Assembly: GCF_009914755.1 (NCBI RefSeq)
Contig: NC_060948.1
Direction: 5' to 3' (one strand)
DNA: 64,000 nucleotides
Origin: the human T2T-CHM13v2.0 reference genome, Homo sapiens
A model generated the notes under the pieces. It had not been told where the DNA came from, searched no databases, and saw nothing but the letters and a program-made list of their open reading frames with translations. Made by a program: the position numbers and the translations under genes. Below are positions 1-13,600 of the stretch, piece by piece; the first letter of the stretch is position 1, and each line of letters begins with the position of its first letter.

Positions 1-1337
1 GAATGGAATCGAATGGATTGGAAAGGAATAGAATGGAATGGAATGGAATTGACTCAAATGGAATGGACTAGAATGGAATGGATTGGAATGGAAGGCAAAG
101 GAATGGAATCTATTGGAATGGACTGTAATGGAATGGAATGGAAGGGATTGGAATGGACTCGAATGGAATGGACTGCAATAGAAAGGATTCGAATGGAATG
201 AAAAAGAATTGAATGGAATAGAACAGAATGGAATCAAATCGAATGAAATGGAATGGAATAGAAAGGAATGGAATGAAATGGAATGGAAAGGATTCGAATG
301 GAATGCAATCGAATGGAATGGAATCGAACGGAATGGAATAAAATGGAAGAAAACTGGCAAGAAATGGAATCGAAATGAATGGAGTGTTATGGAACGGACT
401 CAAAAGGAATTGAATGTAATAGAATGGAGTGGAGTGGACTCGAATATAATGGACTGGAATGGAATGAAATCACATGGAATGGGAACGAATGGAATGGAAT
501 GGAAAGGAATGGAATCGAATGGAAAGGAATCGAATGGAAGGGAATGAAATTGAATCAACAGGAATGGAAGGGAATAGAATAGACGGTAATGGAATGGACT
601 CGAATAGAATGGACACGAATGCTCAAATTGAATGGACTCGAATGGAATGGAAACGAAAGGAATGTCATCGAATGGAATTGAATCGATTGGAATGAAATCG
701 CATAGAATGGAGTGGAATCAAATGGAATTGAATCGAAAGGAAAGGAAGCGAATGGACTGAAATGAAATGGAATGGAATTGAATGGAAAGTAATGCAATGG
801 AATAGAATGGAACGAAATTTCACGGAATGGAATCAAATCAATGGAATCAAATCAAATGGAATGGAAAGGAATAGAATGGAGTAGATTGGATTGGATGGGA
901 TTGGAATGAAATGTACTGGAAAGGACTCGAATTTCATGAAACGGAATGGAATGAATTGGAACGGAATGGACTCGAATGGAATGGAATGTCATGGAATGGC
1001 ATCAAATGGAATGGCATCAAATGGAATGGAATCGAATGCAATGGAATGCTATGGAATGGAATGGAATGCATTGGAATGGAATGTCCTCTAATGGAATGGA
1101 TTCGAGTGGAATGGAATCGAATATAATGGAGTCGAATGAAATGGAATTGAAAGGAATGGGATCGAATACAATGGAATATACTGGAATGTAATGTAATGAA
1201 CTCGAATGTAATTGACTGGAATGGAATGTACATGAATGGAATGTAATCGAATGGAAAGTAATCCAATGGAATAGAATCTAATGCAATAAAATCGACTCAG
1301 ATAGAGTAGAATGTAATGGAATGGAGTGCAGTGCAAT

Positions 1338-1412
1338 GGAATGGAATGGAATGGAATGCAATGGAATGGAATGGAATGGAATGGAATGGGATGGAATGGG
1401 ATGGAATGGTAT
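1338..1412 (+). repeat. Internal pure (GGAAT)n/GGGAT variable tract (VNTR1); one per unit
   Basis: (GGAAT)4 (GCAAT)1-2 (GGAAT)n GGGAT... GGTAT, with n = 5-11 across units and an interrupted tract in U17. Confidence 0.85.
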
Positions 1413-2137
1413 GGAATGGATAGTAATGGACTGGAGTGAAATGGACTGGAAAGGAATGGACTCAAATTGAAAGGGCTCGAAAGGAATGGAGTCAAATGGA
1501 ATGGTCTGGAATGGAATGAACACGAATGTAATGCAATCCAATAGAATGGAATCGAATGGCATGGAATATAAAGAAATGGAATCGAAGAGAATGGAAACAA
1601 ATGGAATGGAATTGAATGGAATGGAATTGAATGGAATGGGAACGAATGGAGTGAAATTGTATGCAGTAGAAGGGAATAGAATGGAATGCAAGCGAAAGGA
1701 AAGGAATGGATTGGAATGGAATGGAATTCATTGGAATGGAAGGGAATGTAGTGTAATGGACAGGCCTGGAATAAAGTGGAATGCTACGGTCTCGAATGGA
1801 ATAAAAATGTATGGAATGGAATGCAATGAAACGGAATCGAATGTCATAGAATGTAATGGAATGCAAAAAAATGGAATCCAAAATCATTGACTGGAAAGGC
1901 TGGGTGTCGAAAGGAATTGACTCCAATGGAATGGAATCAAATGGAATGGAAGTGAATAGAATCGAACTAAATCGAATGGAATGGAATTGATAGGAACGGA
2001 ATGGAAAGGAATGCAATGATTTGGCATGGAATGGAATCGAATGGCATCGAATGGAATGGAATGGAATGCAATGGAATGGAATGTATTAGAATGTAATGAA
2101 CTTTAATGGAATGTACTCGAATGGATTCGACTGGAAT

Positions 2138-2152
2138 GGAATGTTCTGGAAG
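2138..2152. promoter_or_regulatory. Perfect heat-shock element motif 1 (GGAATGTTCTGGAAG); one copy in each unit
   Basis: Matches nGAAnnTTCnnGAAn exactly; seen in all 18 units. Motif match only; binding is inferred. Confidence 0.6.
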
Positions 2153-2417
2153 TGAATGGACTCCAATGGAATGGATTCAAAAGGAATGGAATCGTACGGA
2201 ATGGAATCTAATGGAATGGAATTAAATGGAAAAGAATCAAATTGAATAGCACGGAATTGAATTGAATGGAATCGAATGCAATGGAATCTAATGAAACGGA
2301 AAGGAAAGGAATGGAATGGAATGGAATGGGCTGGAATGGAAAGGAATCGAAACGAATGGAATGGAATCGAACTGAAGAGACTGGAATGGAATGCACTGGA
2401 ATGGAAGGGAGTGTAAT

Positions 2418-2432
2418 GGAAGGTTCTCGAAA
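2418..2432. promoter_or_regulatory. Perfect heat-shock element motif 2 (GGAAGGTTCTCGAAA); one copy in each unit
   Basis: Matches nGAAnnTTCnnGAAn exactly; seen in all 18 units. Motif match only. Confidence 0.6.
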
Positions 2433-3443
2433 AAAATGGAATCGAATGGAATGGAATTGAATGGAACGGAATAGAGTCGAATGGAATTGAATGGAATGGA
2501 ATGGACTAGAGTGAAATGGAATCGAACCACAAGGAATGGACAGGAATAGAATGGTCTCGAATTGAATGGAATCGTATGGAATGGCATCAAACGGAAAGGA
2601 ATGGACAGCCACGGAATGGAATGCACTCGAATGCAATGGAGTCGAAACTAATGGACTGGAATAGAATGGACTCGACTGGTACGGACTCCAATGGAATGGA
2701 ATCGAAAGGAAGGGAATCGAACGGAATGGACTCGAAGGGAAAAGACTGCAATGGAAAGGTCTCGAATGGAATGGAAATTAATGGAATGGAATGGAATCGA
2801 ATGAAATGGAGTCAAAAGGAATGGAATCGAATGGCAAGAAATCGAATGTAATGGATTCGCAAGGAATTGATGTGAACGGAACGGAATGGAATGGAATCCA
2901 AAGGAATGGAATAGAATGGAATGGAATCGAATGGAAAGGACTCGAATGGAAATCACTGGAATAGAATGCAATTTAATAAAATAGGATGAAATGTAATGGA
3001 ATGGAATGGAAAGGAATCGAAACGAAAGGAATGGAGACAGATGGAATGGAATGGTACAGAGAGCAATGGTATAGAATGGAATGGAATCATCTGGAATGGA
3101 ATTGAATGGAATGGAATAATATGAAATGGAATGGAATGGAATGGAATGGAATGCCCTTGAATTAAATGGACTGGAATGGAATGGACTCCAACAGAGTGAA
3201 ATGGAAAGTGTTGAGATAGAATGGAATGGACTCCTTTGGAATGGTGTAGTATGCAATGCAATCGACTGGCAGGGAAGCAAAAGGAATGTAATCAAATGGA
3301 TTGGACTGCAATGCAATGGACTCGAATAGATTGGAAACGGAATGCAAAGGAATGGAATGGAATAGTATGGAATGGAATGGAAAGGAATGGAGTGGAATAG
3401 ACTAGAGTGGAATGGAATGGACTCGAAAGCAATGGACTGGAAT

Positions 3444-3458
3444 GGAACTTTCTTGAAT
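3444..3458. promoter_or_regulatory. Perfect heat-shock element motif 3 (GGAACTTTCTTGAAT); one copy in each complete unit
   Basis: Matches nGAAnnTTCnnGAAn exactly; seen in the 17 complete units. Motif match only. Confidence 0.6.
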
Positions 3459-3544
3459 GGACTGGAATCAAACGGAATGGAATGCAATGCAATCAAATGG
3501 CATGGAATAAAATAGAATGAAAGAGAATCAAATGGAATTGAATC

Positions 3545-6500
3545 GAATGGAATCGAATGGATTGGAAAGGATTAGAATGGAATGGAATGGAATTGACTCA
3601 AATGGAATGGACTAGAATGGAATGGATTCGAATGGAAGGCAAAGGAATGGAATCTATTGGAATGGACTGTAATGGAATGGAATGGAAGGGATTGGAATGG
3701 ACTCGAATGGAATGGACTGCAATAGAAAGGATTCGAATGGAATGAAAAAGAATTGAATGGAATAGAACAGATTGGAATCAAATCGAATGAAATGGAATGG
3801 AATAGAAAGGAATGGAATGAAATGGAATGGAAAGGATTCGAATGGAATGCAATCGAATGGAATGGAATCGAACGGAATGGAATAAAATGGAAGAAAACTG
3901 GCAAGAAATGGAATCGAAATGAATGGAGTGTTATGGAACGGACTCAAAAGGAATTGAATGTAATAGAATGGAGTGGAGTGGACTCGAATATAATGGACTG
4001 GAATGGAATGAAATCACATGGAATGGGAACGAATGGAATGGAATGGAAAGGAATGGAATCGAATGGAAAGGAATCGAATAGAAGGGAATGAAATTGAATC
4101 AACAGGAATGGAAGGGAATAGAATAGACGGTAATGGAATGGACTCGAATAGAATGGACACGAATTCTCAAATTGAATGGACACGAATGGAATGGAAACGA
4201 AAGGAATGTCATCGAATGGAATTGAATCGATTGGAATGAAATCACATAGAATGGAGTGGAATCAAATGGAATTGAATCGAAAGGAAAGGAAGCGAATGGA
4301 CTGAAATGAAATGGAATGGAATTGAATGGAAAGTAATGCAATGGAATAGAATGGAACGAAATTTCACGGAATGGAATCAAACTGAATGGAATCAAATCAA
4401 TGGAATCAAATCAAATGGAATGGAAAGGAATTGAATGGAGTAGATTGGATTGGATGGGATTGGAATGAAATGTACTGGAAAGGACTCGAATTTCATGAAA
4501 CGGAATGGAATGAATTGGAACGGAATGGACTCGAATGGAATGGAATGTCATGGAATGGCATCAAATGGAATGGCATCAAATGGAATGGAATCGAATGCAA
4601 TGGAATGCTATGGAATGGAATGGAATGCATTGGAATGGAATGTCCTCTAATGGAATGGATTCGAGTGGAATGGAATCGAATATAATGGAGTCGAATGAAA
4701 TGGAATTGAAAGGAATGGGATCGAATAGAATGGAATATACTGGAATGTAATGTAATGAACTCGAATGTAATTGACTGGAATGGAATGTACATGAATGGAA
4801 TGTAATCGAATGGAAAGTAATCCAATGGAATAGAATCTAATGCAATAAAATCGACTCAGATAGAGTAGAATGTAATGGAATGGAGTGCAGTGCAATGGAA
4901 TGGAATGGAATGGAATGCAATGGAATGGAATGGAATGGAATGGAATGGGATGGAATGGGATGGAATGGTATGGAATGGATAGTAATGGACTGGAGTGAAA
5001 TGGACTGGAAAGGAATGGACTCAAATTGAAAGGGCTCGAAAGGAATGGAGTCAAATGGAATGGTCTGGAATGGAATGAACACGAATGTAATGCAATCCAA
5101 TAGAATGGAATCGAATGGCATGGAATATAAAGAAATGGAATCGAAGAGAATGGAAACAAATGGAATGGAATTGAATGGAATGGAATTGAATGGAATGGGA
5201 ACGAATGGAGTGAAATTGTATGCAGTAGAAGGGAATAGAATGGAATGCAAGCGAAAGGAAAGGAATGGATTGGAATGGAATGGAATTCATTGGAATGGAA
5301 GGGAATGTAGTGTAATGGACAGGCCTGGAATAAAGTGGAATGCTACGGTCTCGAATGGAATAAAAATGTATGGAATGGAATGCAATGAAACGGAATCGAA
5401 TGTCATAGAATGTAATGGAATGCAAAAAAATGGAATCCAAAATCATTGACTGGAAAGGCTGGGTGTCGAAAGGAATTGACTCCAATGGAATGGAATCAAA
5501 TGGAATGGAAGTGAATAGAATCGAACTAAATCGAATGGAATGGAATTGATAGGAACGGAATGGAAAGGAATGCAATGATTTGGCATGGAATGGAATCGAA
5601 TGGCATCGAATGGAATGGAATGGAATGCAATGGAATGGAATGTATTAGAATGTAATGAACTTTAATGGAATGTACTCGAATGGATTCGACTGGAATGGAA
5701 TGTTCTGGAAGTGAATGGACTCCAATGGAATGGATTCAAAAGGAATGGAATCGTACGGAATGGAATCTAATGGAATGGAATTAAATGGAAAAGAATCAAA
5801 TTGAATAGCACGGAATTGAATTGAATGGAATCGAATGCAATGGAATCTAATGAAACGGAAAGGAAAGGAATGGAATGGAATGGAATGGGCTGGAATGGAA
5901 AGGAATCGAAACGAATGGAATGGAATCGAACTGAAGAGACTGGAATGGAATGCACTGGAATGGAAGGGAGTGTAATGGAAGGTTCTCGAAAAAAATGGAA
6001 TCGAATGGAATGGAATTGAATGGAACGGAATAGAGTCGAATGGAATTGAATGGAATGGAATGGACTAGAGTGAAATGGAATCGAACCACAAGGAATGGAC
6101 AGGAATAGAATGGTCTCGAATTGAATGGAATCGTATGGAATGGCATCAAACGGAAAGGAATGGACAGCCACGGAATGGAATGCACTCGAATGCAATGGAG
6201 TCGAAACTAATGGACTGGAATAGAATGGACTCGACTGGTACGGACTCCAATGGAATGGAATCGAAAGGAAGGGAATCGAACGGAATGGACTCGAAGGGAA
6301 AAGACTGCAATGGAAAGGTCTCGAATGGAATGGAAATTAATGGAATGGAATGGAATCGAATGAAATGGAGTCAAAAGGAATGGAATCGAATGGCAAGAAA
6401 TCGAATGTAATGGATTCGCAAGGAATTGATGTGAACGGAACGGAATGGAATGGAATCCAAAGGAATGGAATAGAATGGAATGGAATCGAATGGAAAGGAC

Positions 6501-7103
6501 TCGAATGGAAATCACTGGAATAGAATGCAATTTAATAAAATAGGATGAAATGTAATGGAATGGAATGGAAAGGAATCGAAACGAAAGGAATGGAGACAGA
6601 TGGAATGGAATGGTACAGAGAGCAATGGTATAGAATGGAATGGAATCATCTGGAATGGAATTGAATGGAATGGAATAATATGAAATGGAATGGAATGGAA
6701 TGGAATGGAATGCCCTTGAATTAAATGGACTGGAATGGAATGGACTCCAACAGAGTGAAATGGAAAGTGTTGAGATAGAACGGAATGGACTCCTTTGGAA
6801 TGGTGTAGTATGCAATGCAATCGACTGGCAGGGAAGCAAAAGGAATGTAATCAAATGGATTGGACTGGAATGCAATGGACTCGAATAGATTGGAAACGGA
6901 ATGCAAAGGAATGGAATGGAATAGTATGGAATGGAATGGAAAGGAATGGAGTGGAATAGACTAGAGTGGAATGGAATGGACTCGAAAGCAATGGACTGGA
7001 ATGGAACTTTCTTGAATGGACTGGAATCAAACGGAATGGAATGCAATGCAATCAAATGGCATGGAATAAAATAGAATGAAAGAGAATCAAATGGAATTGA
7101 ATC
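3545..7103 (+). repeat. DYZ1 unit U2 (3559 bp; B head with extra EcoRI site, X tail)
   Basis: 3753->7312; GAATTC at 4161; short (GGAAT)5 tract. Confidence 0.9.
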
Positions 7104-10100
7104 GAATGGAATCGAATGGATTGGAAAGGATTAGAATGGAATGGAATGGAATTGACTCAAATGGAATGGACTAGAATGGAATGGATTCGAATGGAAGGCA
7201 AAGGAATGGAATCTATTGGAATGGACTGTAATGGAATGGAATGGAAGGGATTGGAATGGACTCGAATGGAATGGACTGCAATAGAAAGGATTCGAATGGA
7301 ATGAAAAAGAATTGAATGGAATAGAACAGATTGGAATCAAATCGAATGAAATGGAATGGAATAGAAAGGAATGGAATGAAATGGAATGGAAAGGATTCGA
7401 ATGGAATGCAATCGAATGGAATGGAATCGAACGGAATGGAATAAAATGGAAGAAAACTGGCAAGAAATGGAATCGAAATGAATGGAGTGTTATGGAACGG
7501 ACTCAAAAGGAATTGAATGTAATAGAATGGAGTGGAGTGGACTCGAATATAATGGACTGGAATGGAATGAAATCACATGGAATGGGAACGAATGGAATGG
7601 AATGGAAAGGAATGGAATCGAATGGAAAGGAATCGAATAGAAGGGAATGAAATTGAATCAACAGGAATGGAAGGGAATAGAATAGACGGTAATGGAATGG
7701 ACTCGAATAGAATGGACACGAATTCTCAAATTGAATGGACACGAATGGAATGGAAACGAAAGGAATGTCATCGAATGGAATTGAATCGATTGGAATGAAA
7801 TCGCATAGAATGGAGTGGAATCAAATGGAATTGAATCGAAAGGAAAGGAAGCGAATGGACTGAAATGAAATGGAATGGAATTGAATGGAAAGTAATGCAA
7901 TGGAATAGAATGGAACGAAATTTCACGGAATGGAATCAAACTGAATGGAATCAAATCAATGGAATCAAATCAAATGGAATGGAAAGGAATTGAATGGAGT
8001 AGATTGGATTGGATGGGATTGGAATGAAATGTACTGGAAAGGACTCGAATTTCATGAAACGGAATGGAATGAATTGGAACGGAATGGACTCGAATGGAAT
8101 GGAATGTCATGGAATGGCATCAAATGGAATGGCATCAAATGGAATGGAATCGAATGCAATGGAATGCTATGGAATGGAATGGAATGCATTGGAATGGAAT
8201 GTCCTCTAATGGAATGGATTCGAGTGGAATGGAATCGAATATAATGGAGTCGAATGAAATGGAATTGAAAGGAATGGGATCGAATAGAATGGAATATACT
8301 GGAATGTAATGTAATGAACTCGAATGTAATTGACTGGAATGGAATGTACATGAATGGAATGTAATCGAATGGAAAGTAATCCAATGGAATAGAATCTAAT
8401 GCAATAAAATCGACTCAGATAGAGTAGAATGTAATGGAATGGAGTGCAGTGCAATGGAATGGAATGGAATGGAATGCAATGGAATGGAATGGAATGGAAT
8501 GGAATGGAATGGAATGGAATGGAATGGGATGGGATGGAATGGTATGGAATGGATAGTAATGAACTGGAGTGAAATGGACTGGAAAGGAATGGAGTCAAAT
8601 TGAAAGGGCTCGAAAGGAATGGAGTCAAATGGAATAGTCTGGAATGGAATGAACACGAATGTAATGCAATCCAATAGAATGGAATCGAATGGCATGGAAT
8701 ATAAAGAAATGGAATCGAAGAGAATGGAAACAAATGGAATGGAATTGAATGGAATGGAATTGAATGGAATGGGAACGAATTGAGTGAAATTGTATGCAGT
8801 AGAAGGGAATAGAATGGAATGCAAGCGAAAGGAAAGGAATGGATTGGAATGGAATGGAATTCATTGGAATGGAAGGGAATGTAGTGTAATGGACAGGCCT
8901 GGAATAAAGTGGAATGCTACGGTCTCGAACGGAATAAAAATGTATGGAATGGAATGCAATGAAACGGAATCGAATGTCATAGAATGTAATGGAATGCAAA
9001 AAAATGGAATCCAAAATCATTGACTGGAAAGGCTGGGTGTCGAAAGGAATTGACTCCAATGGAATGGAATCGAATGGAATGGAAGTGAATAGAATCGAAC
9101 TAAATCGAATGGAATGGAATTGATAGGAACGGAATGGAAAGGAATGCAATGATTTGGCATGGAATGGAATCGAATGGCATCGAATGGAATGGAATGGAAT
9201 GCAATGGAATGGAATGTATTAGAATGTAATGAACTTTAATGGAATGTACTCGAATGGATTCGACTGGAATGGAATGTTCTGGAAGTGAATGGACTCCAAT
9301 GGAATGGATTCAAAAGGAATGGAATCGTACGGAATGGAATCTAATGGAATGGAATTAAATGGAAAAGAATCAAATTGAATAGCACGGAATTGAATTGAAT
9401 GGAATCGAATGCAATGGAATCTAATGAAACGGAAAGGAAAGGAATGGAATGGAATGGAATGGGCTGGAATGGAAAGGAATCGAAACGAATGGAATGGAAT
9501 CGAACTGAAGAGACTGGAATGGAATGCACTGGAATGGAAGGGAGTGTAATGGAAGGTTCTCGAAAAAAATGGAATCGAATGGAATGGAATTGAATGGAAT
9601 GGAATAGAGTCGAATGGAATTGAATGGAATGGAATGGACTAGAGTGAAATGGAATCGAACCACAAGGAATGGACAGGAATAGAATGGTCTCGAATTGAAT
9701 GGAATCGTATGGAATGGCATCAAACGGAAAGGAATGGACAGCCACGGAATGGAATGCACTCGAATGCAATGGAGTCGAAACTAATGGACTGGAATAGAAT
9801 GGACTCGACTGGTACGGACTCCAATGGAATGGAATCGAAAGGAAGGGAATCGAACGGAATGGACTCGAAGGGAAAAGACTGCAATGGAAAGGTCTCGAAT
9901 GGAATGGAAATTAATGGAATGGAATGGAATCGAATGAAATGGAGTCAAAAGGAATGGAATCGAATGGCAAGAAATCGAATGTAATGGATTCGCAAGGAAT
10001 TGATGTGAACGGAACGGAATGGAATGGAATCCAAAGGAATGGAATAGAATGGAATGGAATCGAATGGAAAGGACTCGAATGGAAATCACTCGAATAGAAT

Positions 10101-10677
10101 GCAATTTAATAAAATAGGATGAAATGTAATGGAATGGAATGGAAAGGAATCGAAACGAAAGGAATGGAGACAGATGGAATGGAATGGTACAGAGAGCAAT
10201 GGTATAGAATGGAATGGAATCATCTGGAATGGAATTGAATGGAATGGAATAATATGAAATGGAATGGAATGGAATGGAATGGAATGCCCTTGAATTAAAT
10301 GGACTGGAATGGAATGGACTCCAACAGAGTGAAATGGAAAGTGTTGAGATAGAATGGAATGGACTCCTTTGGAATGGTGTAGTATGCAATGCAATCGACT
10401 GGCAGGGAAGCAAAAGGAATGTAATCAAATGGATTGGACTGGAATGCAATGGACTCGAATAGATTGGAAACGGAATGCAAAGGAATGGAATGGAATAGTA
10501 TGGAATGGAATGGAAAGGAATGGAGTGGAATAGACTAGAGTGGAATGGAATGGACTCGAAAGCAATGGACTGGAATGGAACTTTCTTGAATGGACTGGAA
10601 TCAAACGGAATGGAATGCAATGCAATCAAATGGCATGGAATAAAATAGAATGAAAGAGAATCAAATGGAATTGAATC
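7104..10677 (+). repeat. DYZ1 unit U3 (3574 bp; B head, X tail)
   Basis: 7312->10886; gacacgaattctc and ggaatagtctgg variants. Confidence 0.9.
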
Positions 10678-13600
10678 GAATGGAATCGAATGGATTGGAA
10701 AGGATTAGAATGGAATGGAATGGAATTGACTCAAATGGAATGGACTAGAATGGAATGGATTCGAATGGAAGGCAAAGGAATGGAATCTATTGGAATGGAC
10801 TGTAATGGAATGGAATGGAAGGGATTGGAATGGACTCGAATGGAATGGACTGCAATAGAAAGGATTCGAATGGAATGAAAAAGAATTGAATGGAATAGAA
10901 CAGAATGGAATCAAATCGAATGAAATGGAATGGAATAGAAAGGAATGGAATGAAATGGAATGGAAAGGATTCGAATGGAATGCAATCGAATGGAATGGAA
11001 TCGAACGGAATGGAATAAAATGGAAGAAAACTGGCAAGAAATGGAATCGAAATGAATGGAGTGTTATGGAACGGACTCAAAAGGAATTGAATGTAATAGA
11101 ATGGAGTGGAGTGGACTCGAATATAATGGACTGGAATGGAATGAAATCACATGGAATGGGAACGAATGGAATGGAATGGAAAGGAATGGAATCGAATGGA
11201 AAGGAATCGAATAGAAGGGAATGAAATTGAATCAACAGGAATGGAAGGGAATAGAATAGACGGTAATGGAATGGACTCGAATAGAATGGACACGAATTCT
11301 CAAATTGAATGGACACGAATGGAATGGAAACGAAAGGAATGTCATCGAATGGAATTGAATCGATTGGAATGAAATCGCATAGAATGGAGTGGAATCAAAT
11401 GGAATTGAATCGAAAGGAAAGGAAGCGAATGGACTGAAATGAAATGGAATGGAATTGAATGGAAAGTAATGCAATGGAATAGAATGGAACGAAATTTCAC
11501 GGAATGGAATCAAACTGAATGGAATCAAATCAATGGAATCAAATCAAATGGAATGGAAAGGAATTGAATGGAGTAGATTGGATTGGATGGGATTGGAATG
11601 AAATGTACTGGAAAGGACTCGAATTTCATGAAACGGAATGGAATGAATTGGAACGGAATGGACTCGAATGGAATGGAATGTCATGGAATGGCATCAAATG
11701 GAATGGCATCAAATGGAATGGAATCGAATGCAATGGAATGCTATGGAATGGAATGGAATGCATTGGAATGGAATGTCCTCTAATGGAATGGATTCGAGTG
11801 GAATGGAATCGAATATAATGGAGTCGAATGAAATGGAATTGAAAGGAATGGGATCGAATAGAATGGAATATACTGGAATGTAATGTAATGAACTCGAATG
11901 TAATTGACTGGAATGGAATGTACATGAATGGAATGTAATCGAATGGAAAGTAATCCAATGGAATAGAATCTAATGCAATAAAATCGACTCAGATAGAGTA
12001 GAATGTAATGGAATGGAGTGCAGTGCAATGGAATGGAATGGAATGGAATGCAATGGAATGGAATGGAATGGAATGGAATGGAATGGAATGGAATGGAATG
12101 GAATGGGATGGGATGGAATGGTATGGAATGGATAGTAATGAACTGGAGTGAAATGGACTGGAAAGGAATGGAGTCAAATTGAAAGGGCTCGAAAGGAATG
12201 GAGTCAAATGGAATAGTCTGGAATGGAATGAACACGAATGTAATGCAATCCAATAGAATGGAATCGAATGGCATGGAATATAAAGAAATGGAATCGAAGA
12301 GAATGGAAACAAATGGAATGGAATTGAATGGAATGGAATTGAATGGAATGGGAACGAATTGAGTGAAATTGTATGCAGTAGAAGGGAATAGAATGGAATG
12401 CAAGCGAAAGGAAAGGAATGGATTGGAATGGAATGGAATTCATTGGAATGGAAGGGAATGTAGTGTAATGGACAGGCCTGGAATAAAGTGGAATGCTACG
12501 GTCTCGAACGGAATAAAAATGTATGGAATGGAATGCAATGAAACGGAATCGAATGTCATAGAATGTAATGGAATGCAAAAAAATGGAATCCAAAATCATT
12601 GACTGGAAAGGCTGGGTGTCGAAAGGAATTGACTCCAATGGAATGGAATCGAATGGAATGGAAGTGAATAGAATCGAACTAAATCGAATGGAATGGAATT
12701 GATAGGAACGGAATGGAAAGGAATGCAATGATTTGGCATGGAATGGAATCGAATGGCATCGAATGGAATGGAATGGAATGCAATGGAATGGAATGTATTA
12801 GAATGTAATGAACTTTAATGGAATGTACTCGAATGGATTCGACTGGAATGGAATGTTCTGGAAGTGAATGGACTCCAATGGAATGGATTCCAAAGGAATG
12901 GAATCGTACGGAATGGAATCTAATGGAATGGAATTAAATGGAAATGAATCAAATTGAATAGCACGGAATTGAATTGAATGGAATGGAATGCAATGGAATC
13001 TAATGAAACGGAAAGGAAAGGAATGGAATGGAATGGAATGGGCTGGAATGGAAAGGAATCGAAACGAATGGAATGGAATCGAAGTGAAGAGACTGGAATG
13101 GAATGCACTGGAATGGAAGGGAGTGTAATGGAAGGTTCTCGAAAAAAATGGAATCGAATGGAATGGAATTGAATGGAACGGAATAGAGTCGAATGGAATT
13201 GAATGGAATGGAATGGACTAGAGTGAAATGGAATCGAACCACAAGGAATGGACAGGAATAGAATGGTCTCGAATTGAATGGAATCGTATGGAATGGCATC
13301 AAACGGAATGGAATGGACAGCCACGGAATGGAATGCACTCGAATGCAATGGAGTCGAAACTAATGGACTGGAATAGAATGGACTCGACTGGTACGGACTC
13401 CAATGGAATGGAATCGAATGGAAGGGAATCGATCGGAATGGACTCGAAGGGAAAAGACTGCAATGGAAAGGTCTCGAATGGAATGGAAATTAATGGAATG
13501 GAATGGAATCGAATGAAATGGAGTCAAAAGGAATGGAATCGAATGGCAAGAAATCGAATGTAATGGAATCGCAAGGAATTGATGTGAACGGAACGGAATG

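Larger units (their letters stand above)
1..3544 (+). repeat. DYZ1 unit U1 (3544 bp; private 15-bp deletion near 835; X-type tail)
   Basis: Unit phase set arbitrarily at the window start; length from recurrence of the homologous ORF (209->3753). Confidence 0.9.

Noticed and set aside
928-942. Additional HSE candidates cgaatttcatgaaa (928) and cgaaatttcacgga (813)
   Set aside because: The first has TTC one base out of register; the second has only two perfect units. Neither is counted as a canonical HSE.
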